Assembly (NCBI GenBank): GCA_009914755.4
Contig: CP086569.2
Coordinates: 20,096,001 to 20,160,000 of the forward strand
DNA length: 64,000 nt
Reading direction: 5' to 3'
Origin: the human T2T-CHM13v2.0 reference genome, Homo sapiens
The notes under the pieces: generated by a model
Told to the model about the DNA's origin: nothing
Database searches by the model: none
The model's input: only the letters and a program-made list of their open reading frames with translations
Shown here: piece after piece, positions 37,640-49,410 of the stretch
Numbering within the stretch: position 1 is the first letter of the stretch
How the letters are laid out: every line of letters begins with the position of its first letter
Position numbers and translations under genes: made by a program

Positions 37640-38150
37640 GAAATGAAAACATATTTCCATGCAAAAACTTGGACACAAATGTTCTTAGCAGCACTATTCA
37701 CAATCGTTTTCAAAAGATGGAAACAACATAATTGTCTGTTAATAGATGAACTGGATAAACAAAATACAGTCTATGCAATGGAATAATATTCAGCCATTAC
37801 AAATGAATAAAGTTCTTATTCATTCTAAAATGTGGATGAACCTTGAAAACAACACGCTTAGTGAGAGAAGCCAGAAACAAATGGTCACATAGCATAGGAT
37901 TCCATTTATATAAATGTCCATGGCAGGCCGATCCATAGGGACAGAAAGTTGATTGCTGGTTGCTAGAGACTGAGAAGGAGGAATAGAGAGTGAGTGCTTA
38001 ATGGGTACCAGATCTCTTTTGGGCGTGATGAAAATGTTCCAGAACTAGATAAAAGTGATTTTTGAACAAGTCTGTGAAAAGGCTGATAGTCGTTACACTA
38101 CACCATTTAACAAAGTGAATTGTATACTATTAACATTACTGGTCTGGTCC
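37640..38150 (+). mobile_element. L1 3' end (ancient L1M-type)
   Basis: ATATTTCCATGCAAAAACTTGGACACAAATGTTCTTAGCAGCACTATTCACAATCGTTTTCAAAAGATGGAAACAACATAATTGTCTGTTAATAGATGAACTGGATAAACAAAATACAGTCTATGCAATGGAATAATATTCAGCCATTACAAATGAATAAAGTTCTTATTCATTCTAAAATGTGGATGAACCTTGAAAACAACACGCTTAGTGAGAGAAGCCAGAAACAAATGGTCACATAGCATAGGATTCCATTTATATAAATGTCCATGGCAGGCCGATCCATAGGGACAGAAAGTTGATTGCTGGTTGCTAGAGACTGAGAAGGAGGAATAGAGAGTGAGTGCTTAATGGGTACCAGATCTCTTTTGGGCGTGATGAAAATGTTCCAGAACTAGATAAAAGTGATTTTTGAACAAGTCTGTGAAAAGGCTGATAGTCGTTACACTACACCATTTAACAAAGTGAATTGTATACTATTAACATTACTGGTCT. This is an L1M 3' end. Confidence 0.75.
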
Positions 38151-38169
38151 CAGTACAGACCCCAAGAGA

Positions 38170-38800
38170 GGTTTCTTGGACTTCAAGTGAGGAAGAATTC
38201 ATGAAAACTCCACAGAGTAAAGTGAAAGCAAATTTATTAAGAATGTAAGGGAATTAATGAATGGCTACTCCATAGGCAAAGCAGCAGCATGAGCTGCTCA
38301 CTGACAATTTTTATGTTACTTATTGATTATATGCTAAACATGGCCTATATTATTCATGAGTTTTCCAGGAAAGGGGTGGGCAATTCCTGGAACTGGAGGT
38401 TCCTCCCCAACTTTAGACCATATGGGGTAACTTTCTGACATTGTTATGGCGTTTGCAATCTCTCATAGCACTGGTGGGAGTGTCTTATAGCATGCTAATA
38501 CATTATAATTAGCATATAATGAGCAGTGGGCACTACCAGGGGTCACTCTCATCACCATCTTGGCTTTGGTGGGATTTGGCTGGTTTCTTTGTTGCATTCT
38601 GTTTTATCAGCAAGGTCTTTATCAGTGGCAGAAGAAGGTGCAGGTGTTTTGTCCATCGTATGTCCAGGCTCAGGTTGCTGCTTCAGAAGGCATCATTCTC
38701 CTAGGGAGTCAGGAATTCAACCTTGGGGTTATTCTTGAAAAGCATCCTTGGCTCTCAGCCATGAAGTTAGTTCAGTGTTGAACTTCACCCCTAGAGTTTC
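38170..38800. mobile_element. Possible solo LTR (ERV-class repeat; family not determined)
   Basis: Segment ...GGAAAGGGGTGGGCAATTCCTGGAACTGGAGGTTCCTCCCCAACTTTAGACCATATGGGGTAACTTTCTGACATTGTTATGGCGTTTGCAATCTCTCATAGCACTGGTGGGAGTGTCTTATAGCATGCTAATACATTATAATTAGCATATAATGAGCAGTGGGCACTACCAGGGGTCACTCTCATCACCATCTTGGCTTTGGTGGGATTTGGCTGGTTTCTTTGTTGCATTCTGTTTTATCAGCAAGGTCTTTATCAG matches a recurrent human repeat I recall as an LTR. Identification is uncertain. Confidence 0.3.
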
Positions 38801-39177
38801 TGACCCAGCAAATCTAGAAGTAACCCAAGAATCTGCATTTTGAAGATATCACCAGGTGCCACTGTTGCTGGTGGTCTTTGAGAATTGCCCAAATCTAAGG
38901 TTCTGTGCTACATTTATCACCCAAGGGGAAAGGTTGGTCTTTCAAGTGGAAACCAAACCTGAAGGCATCATGTCATCCAGGTATTCAGGAAGTAGATAAA
39001 AGAGAGAGGGCAGAAAGACAGCTAGAGAGTAGCTGTCCAGTAGAGTGGAAAAAATTGACATGCACATTATGAATGAATAAGCTGCTTCTGCAAACATAGC
39101 AGAAGAGTCAGAGACAGGCATGTTCACAAGGCCTGTGGTTAGTGATCGTTGGATGTTAAAGATTGTTTTTTTCTCTA

Positions 39178-39475
39178 ATAGAGACACAATCTTGCTCTGT
39201 CACTCAGGATGGAGTACAGTCGCACCATCATAGCTCAATGTAGCCTCAAATTCTTGAGCTGAAGAAATCCTCCCACCTCAGTTTCCTGAGTAGCTAAGCG
39301 AACAGGTATGCATCACCATGCCTGGCTACTATTTTATTTTATTTATTTATTTATTTTTATTTTGTGTAGAGTCGGGATCTTGTTATTTTGTCCAGGCTGA
39401 TCTCAAATTCCTAGCCTCAAGCCATTATTTCATCTTGGCCCTTGGGATTATAGGCATGGACCACCTTGCCTGGCC
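39178..39475 (-). mobile_element. Alu SINE
   Basis: AGAGACACAATCTTGCTCTGTCACTCAGGATGGAGTACAGTCGCACCATCATAGCTCAATGTAGCC...GGGATTATAGGCATGGACCACCTTGCCTGGCC. Confidence 0.9.
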
Positions 39476-39769
39476 AAATTCAGGATTTTAAAGAAAATCA
39501 TCACAAATTTCTATTGCCTGTTGACATAGTCTTATATTCACTTCTCATCCTCAACTTTCCAGTTTTGTGCTCCATGAAGTCAATCCTGGTGGGTACTGGT
39601 AATGAAGCCTTTTCCCATCACATGACCAAGAAGATCTAGAATCTAAAATTCCCAAATGCACCCTCAACCATCTGCATGGGACCTTCAGCTTGCCTGAGAG
39701 CTAGACTCTAGCAACTCCATGGAGGACATGGGACTCCAGTTCCCACTTAATATTCTGAATCTCTGCTGT

Positions 39770-40242
<473 letters not shown>

Positions 40243-40264
40243 CTAACTCTGATCATTCATTGCC

Positions 40265-40493
40265 TTTTTTTTTTTTTTATTTGACAGAGTCTTGCTCTGT
40301 TGCCCAGGCCAGAGTGCAGTGGCATCATCTCAGCTCACTACAACTTCTGCCTCCTAGGTTCAAGCAATTGTCCTGCCTCAGCCTCCTGAGTAGGTGGGAA
40401 TACAGACATCCACCACCATACCTGGATAATCTTTGTATCTTTAGTAGATACAGGGTTTCACCATGTTGGCCAGGCTTGTCTTGAACTCTTGGC
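40265..40493 (-). mobile_element. Alu SINE (truncated)
   Basis: TTTTTTTTTTTTTTATTTGACAGAGTCTTGCTCTGTTGCCCAGGCCAGAGTGCAGTGGCATCATCTCAGCTCACTACAACTTCTGCCTCCTAGGTTCAAGCAATTGTCCTGCCTCAGCCTCCTGAGTAGGTGGGAATACAG...GGGTTTCACCATGTTGGCCAGGCTTGTCTTGAACTCTTGGC. Confidence 0.85.
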
Positions 40494-40819
40494 TTTTTAA
40501 CTTCCTCGTGTCTTGTGAGTGGTTTTTCTCTGCAACAATCTTCCTTATTATTTGTTCTTAGCCTCACTCACAAAGACATAAGCAAATGCCCTCTCTACCA
40601 CCTATACCTCTAACTTTCACAAACGATTCCACCTGGAGGAAGCCCTGGTCGCCAGTTCTAAAAACTATTCACATAATCTCCCTTTGTGCAAATGAGCTGC
40701 ATGCATTTTCCACAGATGCTTTCATCAAGTACGACAGACTGGGTGACGTCCATAACAGAAAGCTACTGTTTTTACAGTTCTGGAGGCCAGAAGAAGTCTG
40801 AGCACAAAATGTCAGTGGG

Positions 40820-43465
40820 TTTATAGTCCCTTGGGTATATACCCAGTAATGGGATGGCTGGGTCAAATGGTATTTCCAGTTCTGGATCCCTGAGGAGTCA
40901 CCACACTGATTGACAGTTGGGTGTTAATGTCTCCCATTATTATTGTGTGGGAGTCTAAGTCTCTTTGTAGTTCCGTAAGGCCTTCCTTTATGAATCTGGA
41001 TCCTCCTGTATTGGGTTCATATGTATTTAAGATAGTTCGATCTTCTTGTTGTATTGATCCCTTACCATTATGTAATGGCCTTCTTTGTCTCTTTTGATCT
41101 TTGTTGGTTTAAAGTCTGTTTTATCAGAGACTAGAATTGCAACCCTTGTCTTTTTTTCTTTTCAATTTTCTTGTTAGATCTTCCTCCATTACTTTATGTT
41201 GAGCCTATGTGTGTCTCTGCACGTGAGATGGGTCTCCTGAATACAGCACACTGATGGGTCTTGACTCTTTATCTAATTTGACAGTCTGTTTCTTTTAATT
41301 GGAATATTTAGTCCATTTATATTTAAGGTTATTATTGTTATATGTGACATTGATCCTATCCTTGTGATGTTAGCTGGTTATTTTGCTCATTAGTTGATGC
41401 AGTTTCTTCCTAGCATTGACGGTCTTTACAATTTCTCTTGTTTTTGCAGGGGCTGTTACTGGTTGTTCCTTTCCATGTTTAGTGCTTCCTTCAGGAGCTC
41501 TTGTAGGGCAGGCCTGGTGGTGACAAAATCTCTCATTTGCTTGTCTGTATATGGTTTTATTTCTCTTTCACTTATGAAGCTTAGTTTGGCTGGATATGAA
41601 ATTCCAAGTTGAAAATTCTTTTCTTTAAGAATGTTGAATATTGGCCCCCACTCTTTCCTGGCTGTAGAGTGTCTTTGAGTGATCCACTGTTAGTCTGATG
41701 GGTTTCCTTTCATGGGTAATCCGACCTTTCTCTCTGGTTTCCCTTAACATTTTTTCCTTCCTTTCAACTTTGGTGAATCTGACAATTATGTGTCTTGGAG
41801 CTGCTTTTCTTGAGAATTATCTTTGTGGCATTCTTTGTATTTCATGAATTTGAATGTTGGCTTGCCTTGCTAGGTTGGGGAAGTTCTCCTGGATAATATC
41901 CTGCAGAGTGTTTTCCAACTTGGTTCCATTCTCCCCATCACTTTCAGGTACACCCATCCAACATAGATTTGGTCTTTTTACATAGTCTGATATTTCTTGG
42001 AGGCTCTGTTCATTTCTTTTTACTCTTTTTTTCTCTAAAATTCTCTTCTCACTTCATTTCATTTATTTAATCTTCAATCACTGATACCCTTTCTTCCAGT
42101 TGATTGAATCAGCTATTGAAGCTTGTGCATTCATCACATAGTTCTCATGCCATGGTTTTCATCTCCATCAGGTCTTTTAAGGACTTCTCTACACTGGTTA
42201 TTCTAGTCAGCCATTTGTCTGATCTCTTTTCAAGGTTTTAGCTTTTTTGCGTTGGGTTCAAACTTCCTCCTTTAGCTCAGAGAATTTTGATCATATGAGG
42301 CCTTCTTCTCTCAATTGGTCAAAGTCATTCTCCATCCAGCTTTGTTCCTTTGCTGTCAAGGAGCTGCATTCCTTTGGAGGGGGAGAGATGTTCTGATATT
42401 TAGACTTTTCAGCTTTTCTGCTCTGTTTTTTCCCCATGTTTATGGTTTTATCTACCTTTGGTCTTTGGTGATAGTGAGGTACACATGTGGTTTTGTTGTG
42501 CATGTCCTTTCTATTTGTTAGTTTTCCTTCTAACAGTCAGGGCCCTCAGCTGCAGGTCTGTTGGAGCTTGCTGGAGGTCCACTCCAGACCCTCTTTTCCT
42601 GGGTATCAGCAGCAGAGGCTGCAGAACAGTGAATATTGCTGAACAGCAAATGTTGCTTCCTGATCATTCCTCTGGAAGCTTCATCTCAGAGGGTTACCCA
42701 GCCATGTGAGTTATCAGTCTGCCCCTGCTGGGCAGTGCCTCCCAGTTAGGCTACTCGGGGTTCAGGGACCCACTTGAGGAGGCAGTGTGTCCATTCTCAG
42801 ATCTCAAACTCCGTGTTGGGAGAACCTCTACTGTATTCAAAGCTGTCAGACAGGGACATTCATGTCTGCAGAGATTTCTGCTGCCTTTTGTTCAGCAGTG
42901 CTCTGCCCCGAGGTGGAGCCTACAGAGGCAGGCAGGCCACCTTGAGCTGTGGTGAGCTCCACACAGTTCAGGCTTCCTGGCTGCTTTGTTTACATACTCA
43001 AGCCTCAGCAATGACGGGCACCCCTCCCCCAGCCTCACTGCTGCCTTGCAGTTTGATCTCAGACTGCTGTGCTAGCAATGAGTGAGGCTCCGTGGGCATG
43101 GGACCCTCCAAGCCAGGTGCTGGATGTAATCTCCTGTATGTCCCATTTGCTAAGACCGTTAGAAAAGCGCAGTTTTAGGGAGGGAGTGACCCAATTTTCC
43201 AGGTGCCCTCTGTCACCCCTTCCCTTGGCTAGGAAAGGGAATTCCCTGACCCCTTGCACTTCCTGTTTGAGGTGATGCCTCACCCTGCTTCAGCTCACAC
43301 TCAGTGGGTTGCACCCACTGTCCTACCCCCACTGTCTGACAAGCCAGTGAGATGAACCTGGTACTGCAGTTGGAAATGCAGAAATCGCTTATCTTCTGTG
43401 TCACTCACACTGGGAGCTGTAGACTGGAGCTGTTCCTATTTGGCCATCTTGGAACCGCGCCCCCA
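40820..43465 (-). mobile_element. L1 (L1PA-type) with complete 5'UTR and ORF1 but a large internal ORF2 deletion. The junction at about 40905 goes from the ORF2 C-terminal region directly to the ORF2 N-terminal region.
   Basis: TTTATAGTCCCTTGGGTATATACCCAGTAATGGGATGGCTGGGTCAAATGGTATTTCCAGTTCTGGATCCCTGAGGAGTCACCACACTGAT is immediately followed by ACAGTTGGGTGTTAATGTCTCCCATTATTATTGTGTGGGAGTCTAAGTCTCTTTGTAG... Minus-strand ORFs 42291..42503 (MGKKQSRKAEKSKYQNISPPPKECSSLTAKEQSWMENDFDQLREEGLI = ORF1p N-terminus) and the 5'UTR sequence run to ...TATTTGGCCATCTTGGAACCGCGCCCCC at 43465. Confidence 0.9.
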
Positions 43466-43618
43466 CACACATTTTCTTTATCAAGCCTATTATTGATGGA
43501 CATTTGGATTGGTTCCAAATCTTCCCTATTGTGAATAATGCCACAATAAACATACATGTGCATGTGTCTTTATAGTAGCACGATTAATAATCTTTTGAGT
43601 ATATACCCAGTAATGGGA
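43466..43618 (-). mobile_element. L1 ORF2 3'-region fragment abutting the 5' end of the previous L1. Its last about 35 bp duplicate the first about 35 bp of 40820-40905.
   Basis: ACATTTTCTTTATCAAGCCTATTATTGATGGACATTTGGATTGGTTCCAAATCTTCCCTATTGTGAATAATGCCACAATAAACATACATGTGCATGTGTCTTTATAGTAGCACGATTAATAATCTTTTGAGTATATACCCAGTAATGGGA, compared with TTTATAGTCCCTTGGGTATATACCCAGTAATGGGATGG at 40820. Confidence 0.8.
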
Positions 43619-43624
43619 ACTTTT

Positions 43625-44700
43625 CTGTAGACATGAGGACAGATGGTATGAAGCTCCATGTGTGCACACTTTCTATACCTTGCAAGGCAATCCAGACCTT
43701 TGCTGACCATGCAGGTTTGATCTAGCCCTCCTGTTTGCCATTCCAGGGAAGGCTGCAAGGGGAAAGCCCGGGGAATTCAAGATATGAATCACATAGGCAC
43801 CTCCAGCAGAGGAGCAAGCTCCCTCCAGCCCTGCTTCTCTGGGGGAACCCCAACCTCCCTATACAGCTTCAGCCTCTCACTTGTCCCCTCCTAAAAATCA
43901 TGGCCCTAAACATGCCCCAATATCACTCTTGCCCCTCCAACTGATGCCTGGTGAATTTTGCCCCAGGAAGGTCCAGGTACCCTTCTCCCTATAGTACTTG
44001 AAGCAAATCCGGGGAGGTCTTGGCAAGTTTTCAGATAAGCCTGACAGATATACAGAAGCTTTCAAGAACTCACCCAAATATTTGAACTCTCCTAGAGAGA
44101 TGTTATAACCCTAATGGACACTTTAAAGCAGGCCACTCTGCAAGCAGCAGAGGGATTTGGGGATGAGCATTGTATCACATGTAGCATCAAGGAAGGGGTC
44201 AAAGATTATCTAAGTGGAAGAGAAACAGTACCAGTGAATAACCCTAAGTTGGATCACAATGATGTGATGGGAGACGGGAAAAGGAGACACTTTCAGGAAA
44301 ACATAATGGAGTGCTCACGTCTGACCCACACCAAGCATCTTAATTATACTAAGTTGTGTATGACTGACCAGGCATTTGATGACAAGTCCACTGCTTCCCT
44401 GGAAAAGCTAAGAGAAGCCTTGGTAAAAACTCCTCTCTATATTCTGATTCAGTTGAGGGACAGCTAATCCTAAAGGATAAATATATTACACAGGCAGCCC
44501 CTGATGTTAGGATAAAGTTGCAAAAATGGACCCTGGGACCAGATAGTACATTAGAGGACCTCCTGAAAGTGGCCACCTTTGTCTTTTACAATAGAGAAAG
44601 GTAGACACAAGAAAGAGACGGAAACTCTAATGGCCACTGTGCAAACCCCCAAGCCCCAGAATTTCCCGGGTATACCTGTTAACTACTAAATAAATGGCAA
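43625..44700 (+). mobile_element. Second class-I ERV remnant: gag (proline-rich p12-like region through capsid C-terminus)
   Basis: ORF 44114..44467 and the downstream frame read ...QAAPDVRIKLQKWTLGPDSTLEDLLKVATFVFYNREREDTRKRRK..., the conserved gamma-retroviral CA C-terminal motif (QSAPDIGRKLERLEDL.. / ..VFNNRE). The upstream frame 43735..43944 is proline-rich (LPPALLLWGNPNLPIQLQPLTCPLLKIMALNMPQYHSCP). Confidence 0.65.
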
Positions 44701-45089
44701 GAACAGCTACCTCTCTTCTAAGGTTTAACCACTCCTATACTAGGTTTAATTTTTTCACCAGGTGAAACAGCTCAGGGTACAATGTTATTATTTGTATATT
44801 TCCCTTCTTATCTTTGCAATCTTTCACACTGAATATTTTTCTTATATAATACACATGTTTAAGACATGAATATTTAACCTTATAAAACTTATTTTTTATC
44901 TCTTACTTAAAGGCCATCAAACTTCAAATGGTCAGGCAACTGTAGCTTCAGACAATGGCCCCCTTTGCCAGGATCCCTTGGAAGGAATCTGATTGCCATT
45001 TTCCCCAAAACAATGCCCATTGTCAATAGGAAGCAGCTAAGACCTGTTATTAACTATATTCTAATGGCAGTTAGATGTACCTCTTTAGA

Positions 45090-45565
45090 GAGGGAAAATG
45101 ATACAGGATTGGGGGAAGGAAGTGCTGGGTAGAAAACAAGAAGTTCCCAGGTGAGGGTCCACCCTTGAGTGTGTACCTATGGACCTAAACGAGAACAGGT
45201 ATTGCTCCAAAAGTTGCCTATTGGCCCACCATGTCTCCCATCCTGTGCCCATAAAAACCTGAGACCATAGCGGGAACAGACACAGACACAAAAGCAGCTG
45301 GACTTTGAGAGGAACAGAAGAAAACACTGGCAGCAACCAGCAGACACAAGAAGACACTGGCAGGCCATCAACAGCAGAAAATGTGAATGCCAATGGGAAT
45401 ATGGCAGGGAACAGTCAGAGGAGAGTTTGGCTGCTGGGTGACTCGACTCCAGGGGAAGACCACCTTCCCATCCCACCTGTCTTTTGGCACCCCACCCATC
45501 TCACTGAGAGCTACCTTGACCACTCAGTAAAATTTTGCATTTATCGTCCAAGTCCTCGATCTAAT
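45090..45565 (+). mobile_element. Probable 3' LTR of the second ERV remnant (U3-R with poly-A signal)
   Basis: ...CCCATAAAAACCTGAGACCATAGCGGGAACAGACACAGACACAAAAGCAGCTGGACTTTGAGAGGAACAG...CACCCATCTCACTGAGAGCTACCTTGACCACTCAGTAAAATTTTGCATTTATCGTCCAAGTCCTCGATCTAA. TATA-like and AATAAA-like elements. Family not determined. Confidence 0.45.
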
Positions 45566-45884
45566 TTTTTTGGTATGCTGGGGGAAAAACTTGAGGTACA
45601 GAAAGCCCTCTCTCCTTGTGATGGCAGAGAGTCTAATTGAGCTGGTTAAAAAAAACCCACCTGCAGACAGAAAAGCTGGAAGTGCACAGTGTAACATATG
45701 TCCACTGGGGCTCTGAGAGCTGTAAACGTTCAAGCCTAGACATGGGGTCAGAGCCCAAAAATGTTTTCCATGATATGCTTGTCTGCATTCTCCTCCTAGG
45801 AATTGAAACAGTGGGACACTGAGGTAGCAAGCCACCCTCCTGTTACAAATTCTCTGAGGGCTATAAAGACACTTTTCCCATTTC

Positions 45885-46450
45885 ACTCAGGAGGCTGAGG
45901 AAGGAGCATCACTTGAAACTAGGAGGCAAATGTTTAAGTGAGCCAAGATCAGGCCACTGCATTCCAGTCTGGGTGACAGAGCAAAACTCTATCTCAAAGT
46001 AAATAAATGTATGAATCAATAAATAGTTACCTAATTTTTATTTGTGAAAAAATTCAAGTTACACCTACACATATGTGTGTGTAAATGTATATGTACACAG
46101 ACATACATAAAAAAGTCCTAGTATACTTTATTTTAAAGAAAATAATATAAAAAGATACTTAATAAAAAGGACCTGGGAAAGATGGATTATGCCTTTAATT
46201 CTAGCACTATGGTAGGCCTAAGGCCAGATATTTGAGGCCAGTCCGGGCAACATAATGAGATCTTACCTCTATAAAAGATTAATAAATTAGCTAGACATGA
46301 TGGCATGTGGGTCTGTAGTCCCAGCTGCTCAGGAAACCTAGACAAGGAAATTACTGAGCCAAGGACCTTGAAGCTGCAGAGTGCTATGAATGTACCCATG
46401 CACTCCAACTGGTATGACAGAGTTAGACCTTGTGTTAAAAAAAAAGTGAA
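45885..46450 (+). mobile_element. Alu 3' fragment (45885-46010) and a diverged old Alu (46172-46450)
   Basis: GGAGGCTGAGGAAGGAGCATCACTTGAAACTAGGAGGCAAATGTTTAAGTGAGCCAAGATCAGGCCACTGCATTCCAGTCTGGGTGACAGAGCAAAACTCTATCTCAAAG; GGACCTGGGAAAGATGGATTATGCCTTTAATTCTAGCACTATGGTAGGCCTAAGGCCAGATATTTGAGGCCAGTCCGGGCAACATAATGAGATCTTACCTCTATAAAAGATTAATAAATTAGCTAGACATGATGGCATGTGGGTCTGTAGTCCCAGCTGCTCAGGAAACC... Confidence 0.7.
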
Positions 46451-47194
46451 GAAGTGAAAGTTTAATATGAGCTAAGCAATTTTCTAAACGCCTCAATGAC
46501 CTAGTGTATTAAAAAAATTAAGAAGTAGGTAGATACATTAAAATATAATATAATTTAATAATTAATTGAGACATACAGAGGTTAATTTATTAATCTCAGT
46601 TTACACTAAAAGTATAACATTATTCAGAAAAACAATATTACAGTTTTTTACATTTAGGAAGTCTTAGTGTTCTGATAAAATTACTGAGTAGAATTTTAGT
46701 AGAATCACATTGAAACCTCCTTAGAAAAAACAAAACAAAACAGAAATATGTGGAAACATAGAACATCTATTCAGTGTGGTCGTGAGGATTTTTACTGTCA
46801 TGTATTTCAGACATGATGCAGAAAATTTTAAATAATTAGTTTAACATAGAGTTTATCAAATTATAAATAGTCTTATGTTTCCAAAAATAATGGAAGAGGA
46901 GTCAGGTCATTAAGTGCCATATAATCTATAAAGAAAACTTTGGTTCTCACTATAAAAGAAAGATTACTTAAGGAGAAGTAGAGTCCTTGGAGAATTTTAG
47001 AATATATTACAGAAGGTGATCATATAAGACAGAAAGAGACAGAGTAACCCTGCCTTCTTAGAAATTATTTTCATTGGAAAATAGCTTTCTCAAACACGTT
47101 GCAAGGCCTGGCTGTTTCCTTGATTTTTGAAGCTGTCACTAATTTCATCTGCTTCATTCACTCCTATTTACCCAGATGCTTGGCAGTTTAAAAA

Positions 47195-47350
47195 AAATTT
47201 TTTTTTAATTATACTTTGAGTTCTGGGATACACATGCAGAACGTGCAGATTTGTTACATAGGTATACTTGTGCCATGGTTGTTTGCTGCACCTGTCAACC
47301 TGATATCTACATTAGTTATTTCTCCTAATGCTATCCCTCCCCTAGCCCCC
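47195..47350 (-). mobile_element. L1 3'-end fragment (antisense)
   Basis: TTTTTTTTAATTATACTTTGAGTTCTGGGATACACATGCAGAACGTGCAGATTTGTTACATAGGTATACTTGTGCCATGGTTGTTTGCTGCACCTGTCAACCTGATATCTACATTAGTTATTTCTCCTAATGCTATCCCTCCCCTAGCCCCCC. Confidence 0.85.
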
Positions 47351-49124
47351 CACTAGAATTTAAAAAATAATAATTTCAGATAAGTGATCAGGTCTAGCTT
47401 AGAGTAAGCAAGATGTATTTTATTATGAAAATATAATGACTAGAATTCACTAATTACAAACCTAGTACCTCAATCAACAGAGAAGAAAGAATATTATGGA
47501 AGACTCTAACAGATTAATTCTAAAATAATCTTTTAACAGAATCTTTATAATATTTTGGAAGTATTTCAAATGTATGGGTTCTTGGCTTTGCTTCCCAGTA
47601 CTACTGAATCAAACAAAAAATGATGGTTGAAATGGAATTTTAAGGTATGAGTACAGACATTTTATGTTACTAAATTTTAACAAGTACTACAAAAGTAGAA
47701 TGAAGAATATAGATCAGCTCAAGGAAGGGAAAGATTTATGTCAAAAGAAAACAGCTTGAATATTTCACATAAAGATGTCTTCAATAATTTATTGAAGGCA
47801 GTAATCTGAAATCTATGCAAAGTGAATACTCCCAGAAAATATTCACCAAAAATAAATAAATAAGTAAAACCCTTAGTGTTTATCTTAACCCAGGAGTTAT
47901 CTTAACCCAGGAAGATCAAGTTTTTGTAGTTTAAGGTAGATCAGATCTCCGACATAGGCAGAGGTATTAATTCTACTCCAGATGAAAACTAAAAGAATTG
48001 GCTCTGTCTTATATGAGTGACTGGAATCACTCAATAAGATAATTTTTAACACAGAAATATTTTCTAATGTATTCTGTAACACTGAGAAAAGATGGCATGA
48101 AATCTACAGAACTAAAGCAAATAATATGCTTTTATAGATTAGACAGCATAAAATTCAATGCATCAACACAGTAATTTTTTTTACTGATTTATTTATTTGC
48201 ATCATACAGGGTAAGTTGTAAATATTTCTCATAGAGAAGTCATGGCAGGTTAGGAGGTACGTCTCAAATTTTAATGTGTAAAACAATAAACTAGAGAGCT
48301 TGTTAAAATGCATGTTTTGACCCAGGAGATTTGAGATAGACCCTGAATTTCTGAATTTCTAATGAGTTATCTAGAGATGTCAGTCCTTCTGCCCCAGGAG
48401 AATATTTTGTCAAAGAGTGAAAAATGGCATAATCATGGTTTATGTTAGGTCATTTGACCAGTAAACAAAGACGACAATCTTCATTTTCTAAAGCATGCTA
48501 TAAGCTAAGAGATTCTGAAAAGGATGTTGAGCTTCCAGGTTAAATGTCATAATTTATTTAAGTCAGCTAGTATATATCCTCAAGTACATTATTAATAATA
48601 AAAAAGAAAATTAATGCTATAGAAAAAAATCTACCAGCAATTTATTGAGGTAAATAAAATTAACATACACTATAGTAAAAAATTTGTATCAAGGGTGAAT
48701 TAATGCATACACAGGGCAGAGCATCACTGCCAGAATTCTACTGGTAAAAAAGCAGTACATTATAATCAAAATCTAATTTTTTTACAAAAATAGTTTTACA
48801 AAATGCTGAAGATACAGATGCCTCCCAGATTCTGCTATCCCTAAGAGTGTATTTAAATAGCTTTTCCTTAGCATCCTAGAAATCAATTCACTTCTAATTA
48901 TTATTCTCATTGAGAACTTTCTGAATAATTTTGGGCAGTTAATGCCGTGCTGGTAACATGTGCATTTTTAAAATCGGTTCTGTATACAGTTAATGGAGCA
49001 TCCAGATGGATCCTAAACAGCCCTTGTTTTTCTTCTTCACTAATATCTAAAAACTGTACTCATTCTCAATAGAAATCTTGGGTGTCCACACCTCTCCAAG
49101 TTAATCTGTCACAAAAAGATCACT

Positions 49125-49410
49125 TTTCTGAGACAGTGTCACCCAGGTTACAGTGGAGTGGAACAATGATGATACACTGAAACCCCATCCTACTGGGCTA
49201 AAGCAATTCACCCACCTCAGCCTTCTAAGTTTCTGAAACTGCAAGCATGTGCCGCCACATTAGCTAAACTTTATCTTATTTAATACTATTTTTTAGAGAT
49301 GGGTCTTTCTATGATCCTTATACTGATCTCAAGCTCTTGGAAATCAAGGAGATTTCCATCTTGACTGCAAAAGTGCTGGGATTACAGGTGTGAGCAAGCA
49401 TACCTAGCCA
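49125..49410 (-). mobile_element. Diverged Alu
   Basis: GAGACAGTGTCACCCAGGTTACAGTGGAGTGGAACAATGATGATACACTGAAACCCCATCCTACTGGGCTAAAGCAATTCACCCACCTCAGCCTTCTAAGTTTCTGAAACTGCAAGCATGTGCCGCCACATTAGCTAAACTTT...AAAGTGCTGGGATTACAGGTGTGAGCAAGCATACCTAGCC. Confidence 0.7.

Noticed and set aside
44114-44467. 117-aa ORF with decent complexity that could be a host exon
   Set aside because: Continues in-frame-shifted into the retroviral capsid signature (…GPDSTLEDLLKVATFVFYNRE). It is an ERV gag remnant with stops on both sides.
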